NCBI GenBank assembly: GCA_963701295.1
Contig: OY969585.1
Coordinates: 2,496,001-2,560,000 of the forward strand
Length of the DNA: 64,000 bases
Reading direction: 5' to 3'
Source of the DNA: Ignavibacteriota bacterium
GTDB taxonomy: Bacteria; Bacteroidota; Ignavibacteria; UBA10030
Part shown: one piece after another, positions 28,778 through 39,423 of the stretch
Layout: every line of letters starts with the position of its first letter
Position numbering within the stretch: position 1 is the first letter of the stretch
Translations under genes and position numbers: made by a program
Notes under the pieces: generated by a model
What the model was told of the DNA's origin: nothing
What the model saw: the letters and a program-made list of their open reading frames with translations, nothing else
The model's database searches: none

Positions 28778-30244
28778 ATGAAAAAAAATACTTCATATGT
28801 TTGGATATTAATATCCCTCTTTATTCTTTTACCTTTGATAAAGCCTTATAATGCTTTTGCACAAACTGACATCCCCGCAGGAAATATCAACGGCATATGG
28901 ACGTTAGCAAACTCGCCATATCACATCAATGGTGAAGTCACGATTCCCGACAGTGAATCTCTAACGATTGAACCAGGTGTGAATGTCATTTTCACAGGCA
29001 GTTACAAATTCAATGTGCAGGGACGATTGCTGGCAGTTGGCACTCGACAGGACACAATTACATTCACGGCACAAGATACAGCAATCGGCTGGCATGGGAT
29101 TCGTTTTGTGAACACTCCTGCAACAAACGATACAAGTAAGATAATATACTGCAAGTTGCAGCATGGAAAAGCTACTGCAGGAAACTATTATGATCAAAGT
29201 GGTGGAGCAATTTGTTTCTGGACTGCTTCACCGATTTTGACAAATTGTACAATTTCGAATAATAATGGTACCACTGGAGGCGGAATAATATGTTGGACTA
29301 AAGCAAATCCAATCGTATCGAATAATATATTTGCAAATAACAGTGCCTGGGATGGAGGCGGCATTTATGTTGGTAACTCTTCAAATCCTCTTATCACGAA
29401 TAACATTATCGTTAACAATCATGCCTCTGATAATTGTGGAGGAATCCGCTGCTACTCAAATAGCAAACCAGTGATTATGAATAGCGTTATTGTTAAGAAC
29501 CAGTCCGCTTATGGAGGAGGTATTGATTGTCGTGATCATGCAGATCCAATTGTTATTAATACTATTATCTATTGGAATTCCGCTGATACGGGTAATCAAG
29601 TCCTTATCGAGACTATAGATTCAGATCCTTCGTTTCTCTATTGTGATATTGAAGGGGGCAAAAATGAGTTTATGGGTAGCGGTGCTGGAAATAACTACAC
29701 CGGTTCCTACGTAAACAATATCGAAAGTGATCCTTTGTTCGTAGATTCCGCTAAGAACGATTTTCATCTTACAGATCATTCGCCCTGTATAGGTGCAGGT
29801 GCTGACTCAGCTCAAGTATCTGGAAAGTGGTATTATGCACCTGTTCAAGATTTTGAAGGTGATCCAAGGCCCAATCCCGCAGGCTTTAATCCAGATATGG
29901 GAGCGTTCGAAAGTGTATTAGGCAATTCATCGACAGGCATAAATGGATTAACTCAACAGCTTCCAAATAGATTTCAACTATGCCAAAATTATCCGAATCC
30001 ATTTAACCCTGTGACAAACATTCAGTATTACCTGAGCAAACAAGCACGGATAACACTTAGTGTCTATGACATACTTGGCCGTGAAATATTGGTTTTAGTT
30101 AATACGGAAAAACCTGCGGGAATATATCAGGTGTCATTTGATGCAGGGAAACTGGCAAGCGGTTTTTATTTATATCGAATGCAAGCAGAATCAGAAAACG
30201 GTTACATTTTTAGCGACATAAAAAAACTGATTCTAATTAAATAA
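28778..30244 (+). CDS. Secreted right-handed beta-helix protein with T9SS type A CTD
   Basis: Signal peptide, LTIEPGV, repeated GGGI..N motifs, SPCIGAG, DMGAFE, QNYPNPFNP...KKLILIK. Confidence 0.85.
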   Translation: MKKNTSYVWILISLFILLPLIKPYNAFAQTDIPAGNINGIWTLANSPYHINGEVTIPDSESLTIEPGVNVIFTGSYKFNVQGRLLAVGTRQDTITFTAQDTAIGWHGIRFVNTPATNDTSKIIYCKLQHGKATAGNYYDQSGGAICFWTASPILTNCTISNNNGTTGGGIICWTKANPIVSNNIFANNSAWDGGGIYVGNSSNPLITNNIIVNNHASDNCGGIRCYSNSKPVIMNSVIVKNQSAYGGGIDCRDHADPIVINTIIYWNSADTGNQVLIETIDSDPSFLYCDIEGGKNEFMGSGAGNNYTGSYVNNIESDPLFVDSAKNDFHLTDHSPCIGAGADSAQVSGKWYYAPVQDFEGDPRPNPAGFNPDMGAFESVLGNSSTGINGLTQQLPNRFQLCQNYPNPFNPVTNIQYYLSKQARITLSVYDILGREILVLVNTEKPAGIYQVSFDAGKLASGFYLYRMQAESENGYIFSDIKKLILIK

Positions 30245-30271
30245 TCAAATCATTCAATAAAGGAGGTCGTT

Positions 30272-30925
30272 ATGAAAAACTTAATTGTATTTAATCTGGT
30301 TTTAATTCTGGGACTATTTATTTCCGGTTGTGATAAAAAAGGTCCGATTGAACCGGATAAGGCTCAGGGAAGTATTTCTGATCCAGCATTATCAACTGTG
30401 CCAGAATCAAGTGAAAAAGTTGAATACTCGAAAATTACAAAACTAAACTTTACCGGCACGGAAGATCTTGATGCCGTGAGCGATCCTTCTCGTCTCCTTG
30501 ATCCAGGTACTGTTGTCGTAAAAGGGGATAAAATTCACATTAGTGGTTTTACAGTTCTTGATGATTTGACAGTCACGGTTGAAGGTATGGGCACGATGGT
30601 CGGTAATACCAAAATTGTGATTAATGCTCTTTGGGATGCCCAAACATATTCCGGGCTTACATGGGGTTCTTTTGTGAAAATATTTGGCGGTAAAGAAGCC
30701 TGGAAGGGAACGTTCAGATCACATCGCGTGAAGATAAACGATTCAGAATGGATAGAATACCTCAATTTCACCGGTGACGGTGTGGGTGACAATGAGGGTA
30801 TGAAAATGATCGGTTCCAGTATACTCACCGCTGATATGCCTGTACCTTTACGTTTTTCCGGACCGATCAAGGGTGAAATTATTGTACCGCCTCACATAAA
30901 ATGCGTACATAATAATACGTTATGA
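30272..30925 (+). CDS. Hypothetical lipoprotein
   Basis: SD AGGAGG; lipobox ISGC. Confidence 0.75.
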   Translation: MKNLIVFNLVLILGLFISGCDKKGPIEPDKAQGSISDPALSTVPESSEKVEYSKITKLNFTGTEDLDAVSDPSRLLDPGTVVVKGDKIHISGFTVLDDLTVTVEGMGTMVGNTKIVINALWDAQTYSGLTWGSFVKIFGGKEAWKGTFRSHRVKINDSEWIEYLNFTGDGVGDNEGMKMIGSSILTADMPVPLRFSGPIKGEIIVPPHIKCVHNNTL

Positions 30926-30948
30926 CGTATATTTCGCCCTTTTAGAAA

Positions 30949-30985
30949 AACAGAAATGCCTTCTATATCGGAAGGCATTTCTGTT
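30949..30985. terminator. Bidirectional intrinsic terminator
   Basis: AACAGAAATGCCTTC-loop-GAAGGCATTTCTGTT between convergent genes. Confidence 0.85.
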
Positions 30986-31004
30986 TGTTGCCAATAGAAT
31001 TTGA

Positions 31005-31550
31005 TTAAGGTAATAATACTGCCACCGCAACCACAGAGGTCCATAAACCGTTCTTATCACCTTCTGCGGATTGAGTGACATTAAACGTGCGGACTATCTT
31101 ACCAGACATTTTAAAGATTTTTTCTCGTTCATCCCAGTTCGTGTTTGGATCGAATTGCACACCGAGTGTTGTCGCAAGCATCGAAGCTGCGAGGTCTTCA
31201 GCATATTCGCCAGCGCGTTCATCAGTTTCGCCGAAAGGATGGTGTTCGGAAAGATAGCCATAGACTGTATCGTCGGCTGGCTGCGCAACGCCAATCGATG
31301 ATGCAATGAGGCGATTAGGTTCATTGGTCGCATTTCGTGCCATCACACAAAATGTAATTTGCCCTGCGCTCAATTGTTTGATCCCTTCATCCTTCGGAAT
31401 GCGCTTGCAGCCCGGAGGATAAATACTCGAGACGGTTACAATGTTACATTTTTCGATGCCGGCATCTCTCAATGCAAGCTCGAACGATTGCAGGTAGTCT
31501 TTGTGACGGCCAACACCTTTCGTAAAAAATATTTTTGTGGGAGTAAACAA
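31005..31550 (-). CDS. pdaD: Pyruvoyl-dependent arginine decarboxylase
   Basis: [19 protein letters not shown] self-cleavage site, GYLSEHH. Confidence 0.9.
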   Translation of the reverse strand: MFTPTKIFFTKGVGRHKDYLQSFELALRDAGIEKCNIVTVSSIYPPGCKRIPKDEGIKQLSAGQITFCVMARNATNEPNRLIASSIGVAQPADDTVYGYLSEHHPFGETDERAGEYAEDLAASMLATTLGVQFDPNTNWDEREKIFKMSGKIVRTFNVTQSAEGDKNGLWTSVVAVAVLLP

Positions 31551-31579
31551 TTTATTGCCTCCAGCTTATTGATCATAAA

Positions 31580-32785
31580 TTAATGTTTAACTTTTAAAAA
31601 TCTTCGTTTACCAACTTTAAGAATAAATTCACTTTTATCCGGCAGAAATGCATTGGGATCAGTAACACGTTCACCATCAATACTCACGCCGCCCTGATCG
31701 ACTAAACGGCGCGCTTCGCCTTTTGAAGCGGCGAGCTTTGCTTCCGCCATCAATGCGGTAATAGTCATAGGAGTGCTTATCGTAAATTCTTCAATATCAT
31801 CCGGAATACTTTTCTCTACAAATATTCTATCGAATTCTTCTTCCGCGGCGGTTGCAGCTTCCTGTGAATGATACATCTGTACAAATGTTCGTGCAAGAGT
31901 ACGCTTAATATCTCGTGGATTGGTTTTCGGATTGTCCAATGACTTTTTAATTTCCAAAAGCTCTTTCTTTGAAACATCAGTTGCCAGTTCGAAATACTGA
32001 CAGATTAATTTATCGGGAATACTGAGCGTCTTGCCATAAATATCTTTTGGCGAATCGTTGAAACCGATATAATTATCGAGAGACTTGCTCATCTTCTCGA
32101 TACCGTCTGTACCAGCAAGAATCGGCATCATTAAAGTTACTTGCGGTTCCTGGCCGAATTCCCGCTGGATATCTCTTCCAACCAGGAGGTTAAATTTTTG
32201 ATCTGTTCCACCGAGTTCAACATCTGCGTGAATAGCGACGGAGTCCATCGCTTGTGCCAGAGGATAGAGAAATTCATGTACACTGATAGGTTCGCCGGCT
32301 TTATACCGGATCGTAAAATCATCCCGCTCCAGCATTCGTGCTATAGTATATTTACTTGCAAGCCGGATTACATCGGCGAAGCTCATCTTGTCTAACCACT
32401 CGGAATTGTATTGCATGGTTACTCGTTGGGACGAAAGGATCTTCGTTGCCTGTTCGAAGTAGGACTGGCCGTTTCGGCGTGTCTCTGCAAGAGTCAGTGA
32501 AGGACGTGTTTTGCTTTTTCCCGATGGATCTCCAATCATACCGGTAAAATCGCCGATGATCAGAATAGCTTGGTGTCCAAGGTCTTGGAATTGGCGAAGT
32601 TTGCGAAGGACAACAGAATGTCCTAAATGTAAATCAGGACGGCTTGGGTCGCAACCAAGTTTGATATTGAGTGGCTTTTTTGTTCTGATGGAATGTTCAA
32701 GCTTCTTGACGAGGTCTTCTTCCGGGATAATTTCAAAGACCCCTCGCTTGATCAAATCCATTTGTTCATTGATGGGGGGGAACAA
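31580..32785 (-). CDS. tyrS: Tyrosine--tRNA ligase
   Basis: DLHLGH, GGTDQKFN, KMSKS, C-terminal S4 domain. Confidence 0.97.
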   Translation of the reverse strand: MFPPINEQMDLIKRGVFEIIPEEDLVKKLEHSIRTKKPLNIKLGCDPSRPDLHLGHSVVLRKLRQFQDLGHQAILIIGDFTGMIGDPSGKSKTRPSLTLAETRRNGQSYFEQATKILSSQRVTMQYNSEWLDKMSFADVIRLASKYTIARMLERDDFTIRYKAGEPISVHEFLYPLAQAMDSVAIHADVELGGTDQKFNLLVGRDIQREFGQEPQVTLMMPILAGTDGIEKMSKSLDNYIGFNDSPKDIYGKTLSIPDKLICQYFELATDVSKKELLEIKKSLDNPKTNPRDIKRTLARTFVQMYHSQEAATAAEEEFDRIFVEKSIPDDIEEFTISTPMTITALMAEAKLAASKGEARRLVDQGGVSIDGERVTDPNAFLPDKSEFILKVGKRRFLKVKH

Positions 32786-32788
32786 TTC

Positions 32789-33250
32789 TTACGTTCTACT
32801 CCTTTTCAGTCGTGCAATGTTTCGGTCTGATTCGCGCTTTGCAATTGCTTCACGCTTATCGTAGCTCTTTTTGCCGCGCGCGAGCGCGAGTTCAACTTTT
32901 GCATACGGTCCCTTAAAATAGACAGATAAGGGAACGAGCGTTAATCCTTTTTCTTTCAATCCACCAAGCAACTTACGGATTTGTTTCTTCTGCAGCAGCA
33001 ACTTCCGTCTCCGCCGGGGTTCATGGTTGTAAATACTGCCATGCTCGTACGGGTTGATGTGCATTCCTTCCAACCACACCTCACCGCTTCTCAATTCAGC
33101 ATAACTGTCCTGGAGATTTGCATTGCCCTGTCGCAACGACTTCACCTCAGTGCCGGTGAGAACTATGCCAGCTTCAAAAGCTTCGATGATGAAATAATCG
33201 TGCCGTGCCTTGCGGTTGCTTATTAAGATACGCTGTGGTGCTTCTGCCAT
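32789..33250 (-). CDS. smpB: SsrA-binding protein
   Basis: NRKARHDY, GTEVKSLR, RKLLL, GKKSYDKRE. Confidence 0.97.
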   Translation of the reverse strand: MAEAPQRILISNRKARHDYFIIEAFEAGIVLTGTEVKSLRQGNANLQDSYAELRSGEVWLEGMHINPYEHGSIYNHEPRRRRKLLLQKKQIRKLLGGLKEKGLTLVPLSVYFKGPYAKVELALARGKKSYDKREAIAKRESDRNIARLKRSRT

Positions 33251-33534
33251 CCGCACATTTTTGTTTTAACATACCTGAAAAGTAAAAAAGAATCAATGAG
33301 AATTCTTAATTTATTCTATGAGAAATAATTCATCAGAAAAAGCGCTATAACACTTTTGCAGGACTATTAACGTGAATGGGAAGAGCAATTTATTCATCGA
33401 ACGGGAACTTGGATGAGATGATTTATCGTTTCATAATGAGCAGGTAGAGCGAAGTATTACTGCTTTGCCTTTCGGAACACTTCTGACTATATTAAGCGGA
33501 GAAAAGCGATATTTTCTTCAATAGAAAGAATACT

Positions 33535-34929
33535 ATGGCAGAGCGGCAATATGATGTGACGGTGATCGGCGGCGGTTCGGGCGGATATGTAGCGGCAATT
33601 CGGGCTGCACAGCTTGGGATGAAAGTTGGTCTGGTGGAACGTGATAAACTTGGCGGCGTATGCCTCAACTGGGGATGCGTTCCTTCAAAAGCACTTCTCA
33701 AGAGTGCCGAATTGTATAATACGTTTAAGAAGTCGCAGGAATTTGGAATTTCTCATACCGGGCTTACGTATGACTTTTCCAAAATTATTGCAAGAAGCCG
33801 TGGAGTTGCCGATCGCATCTCCAAAGGTGTTGAGTATTTAATGAAAAAGAATAAAATTGAAATTATTTCCGGTATAGCAAAACTTACAGGGAGAAATTCT
33901 CTTGAAGTGACAAAAGCCGGCAAAGTCACAGATACAATCAAATCGAAAAGCATTATTCTTGCGACAGGCGGAAGGCCGCGCTCTGTTCCCGGTGTTACTA
34001 TTGATCGGAAGAAAATCATCACAAGTACAGAAGCAATGTCGCTGCCGGAGCAGCCGAAATCGTTGATTGTCATTGGCGGCGGAGCTATCGGAGTCGAGTT
34101 TGCGTATTTCTACAATTCATTCGGAACCAAAGTAACTATTGTGGAAATGCTGTCATCGATTCTTCCGATCGAGGACAAGGAGATTACAAAAATTCTTGAC
34201 TCCAGTCTAAAGAAATCCGGAATTGATGTTCTCACGAACACGAAGGTCGACAGTGTGAAAATCGATCATGAAGTTACGGTGATAGTTTCTGATAAAGATG
34301 GAAAGAAAGATATAAAGGCAGATCTTGCACTAATGGCAGTCGGTGTTCAAGCGAATATTGAAAATCTTGGACTTGAAGCGATCGGAGTGAAGACTGAACG
34401 CGGTTTCATCAGTGTGAATGAATTCGGAAAAACCAATATCGACGGAATCTACGCTATCGGCGATGTATCGGGTCCGCCATTATTAGCGCATGTCGCTTCG
34501 CACGAAGGAATTGTTGCTATCGACCACATTGCAGGAAAAGCGAAACACGGTATCGATAAATTAAATATTCCAAGTTGCACATATTGTCAGCCGCAGATTG
34601 CAAGCGTTGGTTTAACAGAAGAAGTGGCAGTTACCAAAGGATACAAAGTCAAGATCGGCCGTTTTCCATTTCGCCCGTTGGGCAAGGCCATGGCAATTGG
34701 CGAGACTGAAGGAATAGTGAAATTAATCTTTGATGAAAAATACGGCGAATTGCTTGGCGCTCACATTATTGGCTCGGAAGCGACGGAAATGATTGCCGAG
34801 CTTGGCATGGCGAAAGCACTAGAAACAACATGGGAAGAATTGCACAATACCATGCATGCCCATCCAACGTTGTCGGAGGCAGTGATGGAAGCCGCCGGTC
34901 AGGCGTTCGATGTCGCAATTAACATTTAA
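33535..34929 (+). CDS. lpdA: Dihydrolipoyl dehydrogenase
   Basis: GGVCLNWGCVPSK, HAHPTLSE. Confidence 0.96.
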   Translation: MAERQYDVTVIGGGSGGYVAAIRAAQLGMKVGLVERDKLGGVCLNWGCVPSKALLKSAELYNTFKKSQEFGISHTGLTYDFSKIIARSRGVADRISKGVEYLMKKNKIEIISGIAKLTGRNSLEVTKAGKVTDTIKSKSIILATGGRPRSVPGVTIDRKKIITSTEAMSLPEQPKSLIVIGGGAIGVEFAYFYNSFGTKVTIVEMLSSILPIEDKEITKILDSSLKKSGIDVLTNTKVDSVKIDHEVTVIVSDKDGKKDIKADLALMAVGVQANIENLGLEAIGVKTERGFISVNEFGKTNIDGIYAIGDVSGPPLLAHVASHEGIVAIDHIAGKAKHGIDKLNIPSCTYCQPQIASVGLTEEVAVTKGYKVKIGRFPFRPLGKAMAIGETEGIVKLIFDEKYGELLGAHIIGSEATEMIAELGMAKALETTWEELHNTMHAHPTLSEAVMEAAGQAFDVAINI

Positions 34930-34951
34930 GGATTTTGAATAGAGAAACTGA

Positions 34952-35686
34952 TTGATTCCTCTTCTCGTTTCAGACATTAGACGCACCAAATACGCAGATG
35001 CATGGATGCTTCAACAAAAGTTATTGACACTACGCCAATCCGCCGCTCTGGAAGATATTCTCCTTCTCACAGAACACGAACATGTGTATACGCTCGGCAA
35101 AGGAAGTGACCACAATCATCTCCTTGCTTCAGAGGAAGAACTGAAGGCTGGTGGTGCGGATGTTTTTCACATCGATCGCGGCGGGGATGTGACCTATCAT
35201 GGTCCAGGTCAGATTGTCGGTTATCCCATTCTCGATCTCAATAATTACTTTTTAGATGTTCATCGGTACCTGAGGAGTATCGAAGAAGTGATTATTCAGA
35301 CATTGATGAAATTTGGCATCTCAGCAGGACGTGAGAAGGAAATGACTGGTGTGTGGGTGCAGGGTGAGAAGATTGCAGCTATTGGTGTGAAAGTAAGCCG
35401 GTGGGTAACGATGCATGGATTTGCACTTAACGTGAATTCCGATTTAACAAAGTTTAATCGGATCATTCCTTGCGGCATATTTCACAAGGGAGTAACATCG
35501 ATGCAGAGGGTATTAAGCCAGGAAGTTCCATTTCAATCTGTTCAGAAAGCATTGGTTCATTCCTTTGCGAATGTGTTCGGTTGTCAGTCACGTTTGATAG
35601 ATAAAGAAGAATTGGACGCGATGATACTCAATTTGAGTACACAAGAAAAAGAGAATGAACTACCACAAAATCTTGCAATTATATGA
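34952..35686 (+). CDS. lipB: Lipoyl(octanoyl) transferase
   Basis: RGGDVTYHGPGQ, KIAAIG, HGFALN, IIPCG. Confidence 0.95.
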   Translation: MIPLLVSDIRRTKYADAWMLQQKLLTLRQSAALEDILLLTEHEHVYTLGKGSDHNHLLASEEELKAGGADVFHIDRGGDVTYHGPGQIVGYPILDLNNYFLDVHRYLRSIEEVIIQTLMKFGISAGREKEMTGVWVQGEKIAAIGVKVSRWVTMHGFALNVNSDLTKFNRIIPCGIFHKGVTSMQRVLSQEVPFQSVQKALVHSFANVFGCQSRLIDKEELDAMILNLSTQEKENELPQNLAII

Positions 35687-35815
35687 ACTTTCATTTGAGT
35701 ATATTAGAGAAGTTCGAAAGAAAGCGAGGTTTTAAATTGATTGTGCAACAGGCGGACAATTCCTGTCTCGTGTGAAATGGCAGCTTGAACATTTTGACTT
35801 TCCATCGGTGAAATA

Positions 35816-36703
35816 ATGGCTTTGGAAATTCAGGAAATACAAAAAGAAAAAACAACATTGGCTCGGCTTCAACGCCCGGAATGGTTAAAAGCAAAAATTC
35901 CCGCTGGCAAGGAATATGTTCATCTCGATGGCATTATGCGCTCCCATAAGCTGCATACGGTGTGCGAGGAAGCCCGATGTCCCAATATGGGAGAATGTTG
36001 GAATTTAGGTACTGCAACTTTCATGATTCTTGGCGATATTTGTACCAGGTCTTGTGGGTTCTGTGCGGTGAAAACAGGACGCCCGGAGTATGGATTGGAT
36101 TGGGATGAACCGAGGCGCGTTGTAGAAGCAGTTGAATTGATGAAGATTCGGCATGCTGTCATAACTTCTGTGAATCGTGATGAGCGGAAGGATGGAGGCG
36201 CACCGATATTTGCAGAAACAATACGGCTGATTCATGAACGTGTACCGGGATGTAAGGTAGAAGTGCTTATTCCTGATTTCAAAGGAAGCGAAGAAGTTCT
36301 TGAAATCGTGCTTGCGGCAAAACCGGATATTCTCAATCATAATATAGAAACAGTCCCACGTCTGTATCGGACAGTGCGACCACAGGCAAATTATCGGCAA
36401 TCATTAGAAGTGCTTGATCGGGCAAAGAAAAAAGGATTTGTGACAAAGACAGGGTTGATGCTTGGTGTGGGAGAACGGATGGAAGAAATTTTAGATGTGA
36501 TGAGGGATGCTCGTGCTATGCAGTGCGATATCCTCACACTTGGGCAATATCTCCAGCCTACAAAAGAACATCTTCCGATTGATCGATACGCCCATCCGGA
36601 TGAGTTTAAGATGTTGAAAGAAGAAGGATTGAAAATGGGATTCCGGCATATTGAATCCGGTCCATTAGTACGCAGTTCTTATCATGCCGCAGGACAGGTT
36701 TGA
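35816..36703 (+). CDS. lipA: Lipoyl synthase
   Basis: [26 protein letters not shown]. Confidence 0.97.
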   Translation: MALEIQEIQKEKTTLARLQRPEWLKAKIPAGKEYVHLDGIMRSHKLHTVCEEARCPNMGECWNLGTATFMILGDICTRSCGFCAVKTGRPEYGLDWDEPRRVVEAVELMKIRHAVITSVNRDERKDGGAPIFAETIRLIHERVPGCKVEVLIPDFKGSEEVLEIVLAAKPDILNHNIETVPRLYRTVRPQANYRQSLEVLDRAKKKGFVTKTGLMLGVGERMEEILDVMRDARAMQCDILTLGQYLQPTKEHLPIDRYAHPDEFKMLKEEGLKMGFRHIESGPLVRSSYHAAGQV

Positions 36704-36710
36704 GAGTCCT

Positions 36711-37388
36711 ATGATTACAAAGTATGGATACGATGTCTATTTCACTATTGCGGCGGTATGCGTTGTCATACTTGTACTGGCGATTCTGTTCGTTGAACCG
36801 AAATCATTGCGCTACTCGCTCATAGTAGTCTCACTTGCGTTTCTTGGTTTTACAACAAATTTTTTCCGTGACCCCGAGCGCACAACACCGAAAGGCGAAA
36901 ATCTTATTATCGCTCCTGCGGATGGTAGAGTCATTGTTCTAAAAAGAATTCACGATGATGAATTCTTCCATGCGGATGTACAGCAGATAGGTATTTTTAT
37001 GTCGCCGCTCAATGTTCATGTCAATCGCAATCCTATCACTGGAATAGTACGCCACACCCGATACGTCAAAGGGGAGTACTTTGCTGCATTCGAAGATAAG
37101 TCATCGGAAAGAAATGAGCAAATGATAGTTGGAATTGAAGGTGTGAACGGAAAAGTGATGTTCAAACAAATTGCCGGATTTATTGCTCGGCGTATTGTTT
37201 GCCAATTAAAACCGGGCGATGCGGTAAATAGGGGAGAACGGTTTGGCATGATTAAATTCGGTTCTCGTGTAGATGTGTTCTTTCCTCTGTCTGTGAATGT
37301 TCGTGCACAGATCGGGGATATCACGAAAGCCGGCGAAACAATACTGGGAGAGTATTCTCAGAACGAATCGGAGAAAAAAATAAAATGA
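36711..37388 (+). CDS. psd: Phosphatidylserine decarboxylase
   Basis: FFRDPER, APADG, HVNRNP, FGSRVD. Confidence 0.93.
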   Translation: MITKYGYDVYFTIAAVCVVILVLAILFVEPKSLRYSLIVVSLAFLGFTTNFFRDPERTTPKGENLIIAPADGRVIVLKRIHDDEFFHADVQQIGIFMSPLNVHVNRNPITGIVRHTRYVKGEYFAAFEDKSSERNEQMIVGIEGVNGKVMFKQIAGFIARRIVCQLKPGDAVNRGERFGMIKFGSRVDVFFPLSVNVRAQIGDITKAGETILGEYSQNESEKKIK

Positions 37389-38149
37389 AAATTACACGAG
37401 CAGTTGTTCCAAGTCTTTTTACAACGCTGAACATCTTTTGCGGATTTCTCTCTATTCTCAGTGTCGCTCAAGGGCATTTTCAGACGGCAGCATGGTTCAT
37501 TATTCTTGCAGCTATTTTTGATTCGCTGGATGGAGTGATGGCGCGCATTACGCGTTCATCAAGCCAGTTTGGTGTCGAACTTGATTCGCTCGCAGATGTG
37601 GTCTCATTTGGCGCGGCGCCGTCGTTTATGGTGTATCAGGCACATCTGTACACATTGGGGAATTGGGGAATCATTCTTGCGGCTTTGCCTGTTGTATTTG
37701 GGGCTATTCGTTTGGCGCGGTTTAATGTTCAGTTGGTAGGATTCGATAAAGATTACTTCAATGGATTACCGATTCCGATGCAGGCGATCACAATCTGTGC
37801 ATTCATTCTTCAATACTATGGCGACGGTTTTGGTTTGAGCGGCTGGAGTGGATCTGGATTGACAATTCTTGTTATCGTTCTCTCATTCTTGATGGTGAGC
37901 CGTGTAAAGTATGACACACTTCCAAAACTTTCGAAACGCCAGATAAAAGCACATCCGTGGAAGGTTGTCGGACTGATCATTGGAATGCTTATCATCGTAT
38001 TTTCAAAGGGGACACTTCTCTTCCTTATGCTTGCACTCTACATCCTCTTCGGATTGATCAGGTTTGCTGTGCAGGGATTGACGAAGTCATTTAAAAAAAC
38101 CGAGAATGAACTAAAAGGGGCGGAAAAATTCTCAAGCATTGATATATAG
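37385..38149 (+). CDS. pssA: CDP-diacylglycerol--serine O-phosphatidyltransferase
   Basis: DSLDGVMAR...FGVELDSLADVVSFG, RLARFN. Confidence 0.93.
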   Translation: MKITRAVVPSLFTTLNIFCGFLSILSVAQGHFQTAAWFIILAAIFDSLDGVMARITRSSSQFGVELDSLADVVSFGAAPSFMVYQAHLYTLGNWGIILAALPVVFGAIRLARFNVQLVGFDKDYFNGLPIPMQAITICAFILQYYGDGFGLSGWSGSGLTILVIVLSFLMVSRVKYDTLPKLSKRQIKAHPWKVVGLIIGMLIIVFSKGTLLFLMLALYILFGLIRFAVQGLTKSFKKTENELKGAEKFSSIDI

Positions 38150-38158
38150 GAGCTAAAC

Positions 38159-38413
38159 GTGTTTCATTCAAAAGTACTTGTAAGCTTAAAAAAATCCATC
38201 CTTGATCCGCAAGGGAAAGCTGTGGAACAAGGTATTCATTCGCTTGGCTTTGATGCCGTTGGTGATGTGCGGATCGGCAAATATATCGAGATGGACATAG
38301 ATACGAATTCACATGAAGATGCAGAACGAATGACCAAAGAGATTTCGGATAAACTCCTTGCGAATCTCATTATGGAAAGTTATTCGTTCACCATTGAACC
38401 TGTTAAAGAATAG
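38159..38413 (+). CDS. purS: FGAM synthase subunit PurS
   Basis: ILDPQGKAV, VRIGK, LLAN. Confidence 0.93.
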   Translation: MFHSKVLVSLKKSILDPQGKAVEQGIHSLGFDAVGDVRIGKYIEMDIDTNSHEDAERMTKEISDKLLANLIMESYSFTIEPVKE

Positions 38414-38424
38414 CGGGATAGAGC

Positions 38425-39168
38425 ATGGCAAAAGTAAAAATTGGTGTGATCGTTTTCCCCGGTTCAAACTGCGACCATGACTCTCATTATGTAGCTGAGA
38501 CCATCATGGGGCAGGATGTCCGGTTGATTTGGCACAAAGAGAGTTCTATCGGTGATGTGGATCTTGTTATTCTTCCGGGTGGATTTTCGTTTGGCGATTA
38601 TCTTCGGTGCGGAGCAATAGCGCGCTTTTCGCCGGTGATGCAGGATGTCGTTCGTTTTGCCCATAACGGCGGTTTCGTGATTGGAATATGCAATGGGTTT
38701 CAAGTACTCACAGAAGCCGGGTTGCTGCCGGGTGTATTACTTCGGAATAAATCTCTGCTGTTCATCTGTAAGTATTTGCATCTCCGTGTTGAGAATGCGA
38801 ACACGAAATTCACGCACGCATGCGATTCAGGCGAGGTCATCGAAATTCCGATTGCCCACGGGGAAGGAAATTACTTTACCGATCCTGATACACTCAAGCG
38901 ATTAGATGACAATCAGCAAGTAGTATTTCGTTATTGCGATCGATCGGGTAAAGTAACAGACGATGCAAATCCTAATGGTTCGTTGGATAATATTGCGGGT
39001 ATTATCAATGAGACCGGAAACGTACTGGGAATGATGCCGCATCCTGAACGTGCATCCGATCCGGTTTTAAAACATACAGATGGAAGAAAAATATTTGAAT
39101 CCATGATTCAAAGTGTTAATTCACAGTTTCAGATAATAGAAAGTATAGCTTCAGAGAGGAGCGTATAA
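38425..39168 (+). CDS. purQ: FGAM synthase glutaminase subunit
   Basis: [31 protein letters not shown]. Confidence 0.96.
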   Translation: MAKVKIGVIVFPGSNCDHDSHYVAETIMGQDVRLIWHKESSIGDVDLVILPGGFSFGDYLRCGAIARFSPVMQDVVRFAHNGGFVIGICNGFQVLTEAGLLPGVLLRNKSLLFICKYLHLRVENANTKFTHACDSGEVIEIPIAHGEGNYFTDPDTLKRLDDNQQVVFRYCDRSGKVTDDANPNGSLDNIAGIINETGNVLGMMPHPERASDPVLKHTDGRKIFESMIQSVNSQFQIIESIASERSV

Positions 39169-39169
39169 T

Positions 39170-39373
39170 ATGGGAAATATAGGTGGTCCAGAACTGTTTC
39201 TTATTCTCCTCATTGTTCTCATCTTCTTCGGCGCAAAAAGGTTGCCGGATTTAGCACGAGGACTAGGACAAGGAATTCGAGAATTCCGCAAAGCAGCCAA
39301 AGATGTACAGGATGAGGTCGAGAAGGAAACAAAAAAGCTCGACGAGAAGAGCGATGGGAAGCCGCAAGGCTGA
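39170..39373 (+). CDS. tatA: Twin-arginine translocase TatA
   Basis: FGAKRLPDLARGLGQGIREFRKA. Confidence 0.93.
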   Translation: MGNIGGPELFLILLIVLIFFGAKRLPDLARGLGQGIREFRKAAKDVQDEVEKETKKLDEKSDGKPQG

Positions 39374-39423
39374 TTGCTGAATCTTGAAATCCACGTCCCC
39401 ACGGCAATACATAAGCGAATTCC

